From positions 535,478 through 599,477 of the forward strand of contig JACPSJ010000001.1 in NCBI GenBank assembly GCA_016193315.1: a stretch of DNA of 64,000 bases, given 5' to 3'. This stretch comes from Candidatus Kerfeldbacteria bacterium (GTDB lineage: Bacteria > Patescibacteriota > Patescibacteriia > SBBC01 > CAIJZX01). The notes beneath the pieces were generated by a model, which searched no databases, was not told the origin of the DNA, and saw only the letters and a program-made list of their open reading frames with translations. A program made the position numbers and the translations under genes. Every line of letters begins with the position of its first letter. Positions within the stretch are counted from its first letter, which is position 1. This document shows, one piece after another, positions 57,555 to 64,000 of the stretch.

Positions 57555-58820
57555 TCAGTCATTCTTCAAGTAGACGCGCCCGCCGCGCCAGAAAACTGCT
57601 AGCGCTTGAGTCCACGGTAAGACGCTCAGGAAATACTGGAGGTCAACGATCTTCCTGGCCAACCAACCAAACCACCCGGTCAACGGCAGCCCCCACATGG
57701 TGCTGATCGCCCACCGGCCGCCAACCGGAAACACAAAACCGACACGCTCCGGACGATACGGTTCAAGCGGTTCCCGCCGCCAAGTGTGAACCAAGTTGCG
57801 TGCGGCCAAGCGACCTTGCGCCACCGCCAGCGGTGCGACCTGCGGGATCGGTCGATTGGTGGCCGGATCGAGGTAATACACGGCATCTCCAATGGCGAAG
57901 GTTTGTTCATGCCCCGGCAGGAGCAATTCGCTCGTCACACAGACCTGCCGCTTGCCCGCACAGTCAACGCCGAGCTGGCTCATTAGCGGGTGGGCCTTAA
58001 TCCCGCCGCTCCACACGAATACATTGTACGGCAGCTCGGAACCATCTTTCAGCCGCAGGTGGCGATCATCGACGCCGGTAATGATCTGACCGGTCCGAAT
58101 CGTCACGCCGAGAGAGGTGAGGCGCTTGGCCGCGGCGGTCTGCACCCAACCTGGGAAGCCAGGCAGAACGGTCGGCGCCGCCTCCAGAATAATCACCTGG
58201 ACCAGTTCTGGTTTGAGTCTGCGCTGGCGACTCCGTGTCAGGACGTAGTTCCTCAATTCTCCGGCGGTCTCCACCCCGGACACCCCCGCGCCGCCAATGA
58301 CGATAGCCACCGGTCGTTGCTCGCGTTCGCAGTCGACGAGCAGGGTCTGCAGTTGCTGATGAATGCGCAGGGCATCTGGCAACTCCTTCAGCGCCACACT
58401 ATGTTCGGCCAGGCCGGGTATCCCAAAGTCGTTGCTCACGCTACCGAGTGCCAGAATCAAGGCGTCATAGTCAACCGCCGGCTGGCCGGCCAACGTGAGA
58501 CTATGGTTGGCCAGATCAACCCCGGTTACGGCGGCCGGCAGAAAATTGATGCGCCGGTGGGCCAAGATGTTTTCGAAGGCCTTGAAGCGGATCGTCAGGC
58601 CGCGCTCGATCGCGGCCAGATCAGCGTCGCTGAACGTGGCGGCAGCGGTGGCCACCTCGTACAGCAGTGCGTGGTAACAATGGTAGGCGTTTTTGTCGAT
58701 CAGCGTGATGTTGTATTCATCGGTCCGGCGGATCCGGTCAAGTTCCAAGGCCGTGGCCAAGCCGGCAAAGCCCGCGCCCACGATGACGACATGCCGACGA
58801 GTATGGCGCCGCACTGGCAT
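57555..58820 (-). CDS. Type II NADH dehydrogenase-like FAD oxidoreductase
   Basis: GAGFAG, LLYEVAT, GAGVSGVETAGE, FAIGD, PQVA..A..QG. Confidence 0.88.
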   Translation of the reverse strand: MPVRRHTRRHVVIVGAGFAGLATALELDRIRRTDEYNITLIDKNAYHCYHALLYEVATAAATFSDADLAAIERGLTIRFKAFENILAHRRINFLPAAVTGVDLANHSLTLAGQPAVDYDALILALGSVSNDFGIPGLAEHSVALKELPDALRIHQQLQTLLVDCEREQRPVAIVIGGAGVSGVETAGELRNYVLTRSRQRRLKPELVQVIILEAAPTVLPGFPGWVQTAAAKRLTSLGVTIRTGQIITGVDDRHLRLKDGSELPYNVFVWSGGIKAHPLMSQLGVDCAGKRQVCVTSELLLPGHEQTFAIGDAVYYLDPATNRPIPQVAPLAVAQGRLAARNLVHTWRREPLEPYRPERVGFVFPVGGRWAISTMWGLPLTGWFGWLARKIVDLQYFLSVLPWTQALAVFWRGGRVYLKND

Positions 58821-58892
58821 AAAATAAGTATACCACACTCCCCGGCCGGAGACGTGACATTTTCGATCGCCTCTGCTAGGGTGTGATCAGTT

Positions 58893-59501
58893 ATGTATTC
58901 TCCACGATTCCGCTACTATTCCGCGTTGCTCCTAGCCATACTTTTGGCCTCCGCCAGCTCGGCCTTGGCGGCCGTACCAGTGAAGATCAATCCCCCGCAA
59001 GAACCGGTCCAAGTATCTGCCGCAGATCTAGAGCTGGAACTTAGTTCTCCGTCATTGTCCGTTGATATTGGCTCAACGATGACGGTAACCATGTCAGTCA
59101 AGAACCTCGGCGAACATGATGCGCTCAACGTTCGGCTGGACGACAACCTGCCGGCTGGCTGGTCGTACGTCGATCCCAAGGTCCCGGCGGCTCTTAACCT
59201 TGGGGCGATCAAGACTGGCCGCTCGAAAAAAATCGCCGTGCCCATCACGATCGGAGAAAAAAGTCCTGCCGGCGCCATCGCCTACGAAGTTGTGGCCCGC
59301 GCCGACAACGCCGATCCAGTCGAGAATTTTGTGACCATCACCGTTCGGCCGGGGCAGGTGCTCGGCGCGACGGATGAACAGTTGGCCGAGACGGGAACGA
59401 GCGCAGCCAGCCTTTACTGGCTCCTATTTGGACTGGGACTCATCGTCGCTGGAACCAAGGTTCTGCATCGGTCCTCGAAGTACACGAGCCTGCGCAGATA
59501 G
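58893..59501 (+). CDS. DUF11 Ig-like surface protein with LPXTG-like anchor
   Basis: Signal peptide; VKNLG...D.LPAG..Y; GQVLGA; LAETG + TM + basic tail. Confidence 0.75.
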   Translation: MYSPRFRYYSALLLAILLASASSALAAVPVKINPPQEPVQVSAADLELELSSPSLSVDIGSTMTVTMSVKNLGEHDALNVRLDDNLPAGWSYVDPKVPAALNLGAIKTGRSKKIAVPITIGEKSPAGAIAYEVVARADNADPVENFVTITVRPGQVLGATDEQLAETGTSAASLYWLLFGLGLIVAGTKVLHRSSKYTSLRR

Positions 59502-59543
59502 CAAAACAATGGGCGCCGGTAGAGTGACAAATACTATTTTTCT

Positions 59544-59984
59544 TTACCCCATCCGCACCAGCTTCCCGTCGCCAGGCTGATGGAGAATCCGCTCGACGTG
59601 ACTTTTCAGTTCGTGCGGATCGATGTTCGCTTTGACCAGGTATTCATCCGCACCGAGATTCTTGGCCGTTCGGACGTGCTCATCGGAATCGAGATTGGAC
59701 AGGACAATGACACGAATGTCACGTAAGCCGGGTGTGTTTTTGATCAGGCGAAGAACTTGATAGCCGACCGGTTCATGGAGGCTCTCGCCAATAATGTTTT
59801 CGCCGGGCCGGCGAGGAATCAACAAATCGAGCAGCACTACGTGCGGGCGAATGACAATCACTTTCTCCTCGCCACTCTCGGCGGTGGGTGCGGTCAGGAC
59901 TTCGTACCCACCCTGACTCAAAACAGCGGCGTAGAGAGACACTAGCAGTGGCTCGTCTTCGATCAGCAGAACGCGGGTGGCCAT
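59544..59984 (-). CDS. Single-domain response regulator
   Basis: LLIEDE, LLDLLIP, VIVLSN, GADEYLVK. Confidence 0.9.
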   Translation of the reverse strand: MATRVLLIEDEPLLVSLYAAVLSQGGYEVLTAPTAESGEEKVIVIRPHVVLLDLLIPRRPGENIIGESLHEPVGYQVLRLIKNTPGLRDIRVIVLSNLDSDEHVRTAKNLGADEYLVKANIDPHELKSHVERILHQPGDGKLVRMG

Positions 59985-60147
59985 ATATTGAAAAGTATAA
60001 TACCAACCATTAGAATTGCCTAGCGTGGGGGTACGAACTTGAATTGGTAACTCTGCCGGTCCCCTTCAACACGGCTAGTGGCCAACTGGAGACGGCGGGT
60101 CGATGTGGGCAACTGCCTAATAGGAATGCCGTCAATCTGACGTTTTG

Positions 60148-60176
60148 CAAAAAAACCCGCTCGCCAGAGCGAACGG
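60148..60176 (-). terminator. Intrinsic terminator after the hisS-tRNA-His-small ORF unit
   Basis: CCGTTCGC-tctg-GCGAGCGG stem followed by T7. Confidence 0.7.
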
Positions 60177-60189
60177 AGAAGAGCAGGAA

Positions 60190-60390
60190 TCAGAAGGCAT
60201 CGGTCTCGAGGGTCGGAACTTCAACCCTTTCGCCATGCGCCATCATGACCAGTTGGGCCTCCTTCTTGTTGCCCTGCCGGACCAAGTCGCAGACGACTCG
60301 ATACTGCTCCGTTGGGAGCGAGAAGAAAATGTCCTCGTGGTCTTCATTCCCTGTCCAGCAACGTAACCTGACGATTTGACCGTTATCCAT
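60190..60390 (-). CDS. 66-aa orphan protein
   Basis: GAGGGG RBS before ATG; terminator downstream. Confidence 0.55.
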   Translation of the reverse strand: MDNGQIVRLRCWTGNEDHEDIFFSLPTEQYRVVCDLVRQGNKKEAQLVMMAHGERVEVPTLETDAF

Positions 60391-60450
60391 ATCCCCCTCG
60401 AGAAGAAAGAACGGGCAGGTCGTTTCGACACGAGCCTGCCCGTCATGCTC

Positions 60451-60523
60451 GGGGTACGACGGGGCTCGAACCCGTAACCTCCGGAACCACAGTCCAGCGC
60501 TCTGCCAGTTGAGCTACGTACCC
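60451..60523 (-). tRNA. tRNA-His(GTG), no encoded G-1 or CCA
   Basis: GGGTACG/CGTACCC-C73; anticodon arm CTGGA-CTGTGGT-TCCGG; T arm ACGGG-TTCGAGC-CCCGT. Confidence 0.93.
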
Positions 60524-60539
60524 TTCCGAAGGAAAGACC

Positions 60540-61958
60540 TCATGTATCCGACGTCTGGAGTATTGACGCTACCGTCCGCACCAGATCGGCGCGGGGCACG
60601 GTGGTCTGCCGACGTCGAGCCATGTCCTTGATCGTGACGCTCCCGTCATGACGCTCGTTGGAGCCGGAGATTACCACCACCGGGATCTCCTGGCGGGTGG
60701 CATAGGCCAGCTGGGCCTTGAAGCCGGTTTCCATCCCCAGCCAGACCATGGTTCGGACGCCGGCCCGGCGCAGCTCGCCGGTCATCGACAGGTAGTCCGC
60801 CATCGCACTCCGGTCCATCACCGTCACCAGCGCCTGAGTCAGCGTCGGTTTGGTGGTGATGCGGCCGAGTTGCTTGAGGGCGGCGAACAACCGATCGATA
60901 CCAACTGACACCCCGGTCGCCGGGAACGATCCAGCCATAAACCGACTGACTAGATCATCGTACCGGCCGCCGCCAAAGACTGACCCGATTTCCGGAAGGT
61001 CCTCGAGAAACGCTTCGAAAACCGGACCGGTGTAATAAGCCAAGCCGCGCGCGATCGAGAGATCGAACCGCCAGAGCTCTTCCGGGACGCCCATCGACCG
61101 AAGGGCAATCACGATTTCCCGGAGCTCCCCGAGACCTTCCTCGGCGATACGAACGCCTTGGAACAGGTCGCTGGCCTGACCTAGGAGCTGGTCCGTTGAT
61201 CCGTCCAAATCGAGGAAAGCGCCAACCTTTTCAACGGCGGTGGCTGATAGACCCGGCCCGAAAGCAGCTTCGACCTGATCTGCGCCCTCCTCGCTGTCAG
61301 GCGTGCCTGATTGGGCCCGCGGAGGTTTGGCCAGTTCGCGGAGGACCGCGGCCCGACCAACCTTCGGCTGCTTGTCGATGATCCGCAGGACGTCCGCCTG
61401 GAGCGACGAATCGTACCCAGCGTATTCCGGCAGGCCGTTCAGCAACTTGCGGTTGTTGAAGCGGACCGAGAAGCGGATTCCGACGAGCTCCCGTAAGGTC
61501 TCCACCATCACGGCGATAATCTCGGCGTCAGCAATCGCCTGATCCGAACCGACGATGTCGACGTCAAACTGCATAAACTCGCGAAAACGTCCGGCTTGCG
61601 GCTTCTCTCCACGGAGCACATCGCCGCGTTGGTAGCGCTTGAACGGTCTGGGCAAATCAGGGTGGGCGGCCACAAATCGGGCCAGGGGCACCGTCAGGTC
61701 GAAACGGAGGGCCATGGCCTGCTCCGGATCGTCAACGATCCTCGAACCAGCAATGCGCGTGTCGAAGAGGTGCATCCGGAAATTCGGATCGTTCCCGGTC
61801 AGAACCGCCCGACGTTCGACGAGGGGCGTTTCGAGCGGATCGTACCCGAACCGCTCGAACACGGACTGGATAGTCGCGATCATGGCCTGCCGTTGGATCA
61901 TGTCCTCCGGACCATAATCGCGGAATCCGCCGGCGAGGGTGGGTTTGACTCTGGGCAT
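60540..61958 (-). CDS. hisS: Histidine--tRNA ligase
   Basis: GFRDY, LRFDLTVPLAR, RGEKPQAGRFREF.QFDVDIVG, ARGLAYYTG, GGGRYDDL; SD AAGGAG before ATG 61958. Confidence 0.95.
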   Translation of the reverse strand: MPRVKPTLAGGFRDYGPEDMIQRQAMIATIQSVFERFGYDPLETPLVERRAVLTGNDPNFRMHLFDTRIAGSRIVDDPEQAMALRFDLTVPLARFVAAHPDLPRPFKRYQRGDVLRGEKPQAGRFREFMQFDVDIVGSDQAIADAEIIAVMVETLRELVGIRFSVRFNNRKLLNGLPEYAGYDSSLQADVLRIIDKQPKVGRAAVLRELAKPPRAQSGTPDSEEGADQVEAAFGPGLSATAVEKVGAFLDLDGSTDQLLGQASDLFQGVRIAEEGLGELREIVIALRSMGVPEELWRFDLSIARGLAYYTGPVFEAFLEDLPEIGSVFGGGRYDDLVSRFMAGSFPATGVSVGIDRLFAALKQLGRITTKPTLTQALVTVMDRSAMADYLSMTGELRRAGVRTMVWLGMETGFKAQLAYATRQEIPVVVISGSNERHDGSVTIKDMARRRQTTVPRADLVRTVASILQTSDT

Positions 61959-62212
61959 GAGAAACGCTCCTTTCGTGTGTATCGAGGTCGAGGCCCTGTG
62001 CGGGCCGCTAGTATACCATGGTTGCCCCTTCACGTCTGTGTTGGAAAGGGCGATGCCGCGACATTGCCACAGGGGATAAGTTTTGTCAAGCGCCACGGGA
62101 AGCGCGCTAGAAAAAATTGGCACTCTGAGTCCCCCACGCCGAGCGTGGGGGCTTGCCGTCCCGGCTGTCAAGCCAAAAAAAGCGACTGCCTGACGCAGCC
62201 GCGCAAAAGGGT

Positions 62213-63385
62213 CTAAACCTGGAAGAATCGCTCGAGGATCCGATGGTACAGCTGCACCAACCGACCCAGATCTTCGATCAACGCCCGTTCATTAACCTGG
62301 TGCGAAGTGGCGTGGACTGGACCGAGTTCGACCACTGGACAGATCTCGACCAAGACCCGCGCGTCCGAAGCCCCGCCCTGGGTGATTAAATCTGGAATCA
62401 GGCCAAGGACTTCGGACGTCACTTTCTGGAGCATGCCAGTGAACTGATTCGGCTCGGTGACGTACGGCCGATTGAATCCTGCCCGTCGGATGGTGAACGG
62501 TTGCCCGGTCGCGCCGAGAAGCTCCTCTACCCACCGCTGCAGACTCTCTTCGCTGTGGGCATCGGAGTAACGGACATTGACGACCGCCTCGACCCGCTCC
62601 GGTACACTATTGTACTGCCGGTTTCCGACATCGACCGTCACCACATTGACGTTGGTCGGTTCGAACAGGTCGCCCTCATCATCGAAACTAGCGGCCGCGA
62701 TTTCCTGCAGTACCGGCAGGAGCTGGTGGACGGGGTTCACCGTCTCAGCCGGATAGGCCGTATGACCTGGCTGGTCACTCAAACTTATGAAGAAGTCAAC
62801 GCAACCGCGGCTCCCGATCTTGATCGTCGCTCCCAGGACACCGCGACTGGCAGGCTCTGGGATGATACACCCGTCCGGTCGTGTTCCCCGCTTCTTCAGC
62901 CAGTCGACCACCAGCGGCATGCCGGCGTCGCCATCCCCCTCTTCGTCACCGGTCAGCAGAAAGCTGGTTGTCCCCGGGGTCACTGGTCGGGCGGCTACAA
63001 AGAGCGCCGTCGCGCTGATCGCCGCCGCTAGCCCGCCTTTCATGTCTTCCGCTCCCCGGCCATTGAGGTAACCTTCACGGACGGTCGGCTCGAACGGCGG
63101 AATAACCCAGCGCTGTTGGGCGCTGTGATCGCCCACCGACACCACGTCCGTGTGACCAGCGAAGGCGAAGTGTGGCGAGCCAGCTCCTCGGCACGCCACG
63201 AGGTTCGGCACGGCCCGACCTTTGGCATTGGTGAAAGGCAGGAACGTGCAGGTGAACCCCAACTGGCCGAGGAGTCCCGCTAGGTATCCTTGGATTTCGT
63301 GACTGTCGAGATCTTCACTTCGAAACCGGATCAGCTCCATCGCCAGTGCAACCACATCGATCGGGAACTTGACTCCCATATGCAT
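62213..63385 (-). CDS. dapE: Succinyl-diaminopimelate desuccinylase-like M20 metallopeptidase
   Basis: FAGHTDVV, GRGAEDMKG, TGDEEG, GHTAYP, GGASDAR, ELGP, HQVNE. Confidence 0.8.
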   Translation of the reverse strand: MHMGVKFPIDVVALAMELIRFRSEDLDSHEIQGYLAGLLGQLGFTCTFLPFTNAKGRAVPNLVACRGAGSPHFAFAGHTDVVSVGDHSAQQRWVIPPFEPTVREGYLNGRGAEDMKGGLAAAISATALFVAARPVTPGTTSFLLTGDEEGDGDAGMPLVVDWLKKRGTRPDGCIIPEPASRGVLGATIKIGSRGCVDFFISLSDQPGHTAYPAETVNPVHQLLPVLQEIAAASFDDEGDLFEPTNVNVVTVDVGNRQYNSVPERVEAVVNVRYSDAHSEESLQRWVEELLGATGQPFTIRRAGFNRPYVTEPNQFTGMLQKVTSEVLGLIPDLITQGGASDARVLVEICPVVELGPVHATSHQVNERALIEDLGRLVQLYHRILERFFQV

Positions 63386-63448
63386 CGAATCCTCCCAAGA
63401 AAAAGGGCTCGATGTTTCACACCGGCCCTGAGGACGACATTGCCCGTT

Positions 63449-64000
63449 TCAGCCTTGGCGCAACCGCTCCGGCCGCAGCCGGGCGTCCATCGACATGGTC
63501 AGGAACACGCGCGCACTGCTGGCGGTCTTGAATCCATCTTTGTAGAGAACGAGGCCGTCGACCACCTGAGCCCCAAGACGCTCATACAGGCGGCGGGAAT
63601 TACTCCCGTCCTGGGCGGTGCGCATGATGACGTGGGTGAAGTGGCGTGTCCGGCCGTTCCGAGCTTCTTCGATCCGCCGGATAACCAATTCCCGACCCAG
63701 CCCCTGCCGTCGGAATTCCGTCTCGACCCCTAGTTCGGCCATGTAAAGGTATCGATGTAGCGGGGTCTCGAGTAAACTCTGGCGGGCCGCCAGAAAGACG
63801 GCATCTTCACACTCATCAGCGGGTTCGCTACCGCCGAACCCGATCACCGGCCCAGTCCGAGGGTCATCGGCGGTTAGGAACAGCACCAGGATACCCCGAT
63901 CGGCAAACCTTCGAAATGAGGGCTTGACGTAGGATTCCTCTTGACCGGCGTAGTCTTCGAAGTACGGCGGGCCAGCGAAGACGCGCTTATAACACGACAC
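63449..64000 (-). CDS. GNAT family N-acetyltransferase (5' end beyond the window)
   Basis: YMAELGV..EFRRQGLG and N..RRLYERLG. Confidence 0.8.
   Translation of the reverse strand: MSCYKRVFAGPPYFEDYAGQEESYVKPSFRRFADRGILVLFLTADDPRTGPVIGFGGSEPADECEDAVFLAARQSLLETPLHRYLYMAELGVETEFRRQGLGRELVIRRIEEARNGRTRHFTHVIMRTAQDGSNSRRLYERLGAQVVDGLVLYKDGFKTASSARVFLTMSMDARLRPERLRQG

Noticed and set aside
60411-60443. GGGCAGG/CCTGCCC hairpin after tRNA-His as another copy of the nested-element arms
   Set aside because: Arm order is reversed and it does not enclose the tRNA; more likely an ordinary 3' stem.
61959-62171. 71-aa N-terminal extension of HisRS
   Set aside because: A good SD precedes ATG 61958 and the extension covers promoter-like and terminator-like sequence.

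Overview
GC-rich, densely packed bacterial chromosome segment. Gene content and order suggest a Patescibacteria/CPR (Parcubacteria-like) genome (inference), using the standard genetic code. Core content: gltX, priA-def-fmt, a pentose/nucleotide cluster (rpiB-rpe-fba-PfkB kinase-AMP phosphorylase), trxB, HU, ftsEX behind an RlpA-like/D-Ala-D-Ala peptidase fusion, lepA, murJ, a glycosyltransferase cluster, RNase P RNA, recJ/rnhA, a fermentation operon (pgk-eno-gpmI x2-pduL-ackA-2-oxoacid:ferredoxin oxidoreductase), hisS with tRNA-His, and a DapE-like peptidase. The most unusual signals are non-coding. (1) A self-nested tRNA-Thr(CGT) locus (26070-26299): a 111-nt module of 19-nt arm + tRNA + 19-nt arm sits inside the D-arm of a second copy of the same module. 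(2) An exactly 162-bp-periodic array behind tRNA-Gly, built from tRNA 3'-end fragments, fixed-position motifs and variable spacers. (3) An orphan-ORF island (about 32.1-36.8 kb) with long hairpin-dense leaders and a twice-repeated structured motif carrying SD/anti-SD arms. (4) A 621-nt RNase P RNA. (5) A tRNA-His with no encoded G-1 directly behind hisS. All calls come from reading the sequence and recognising motifs; no database searches or folding programs were run.
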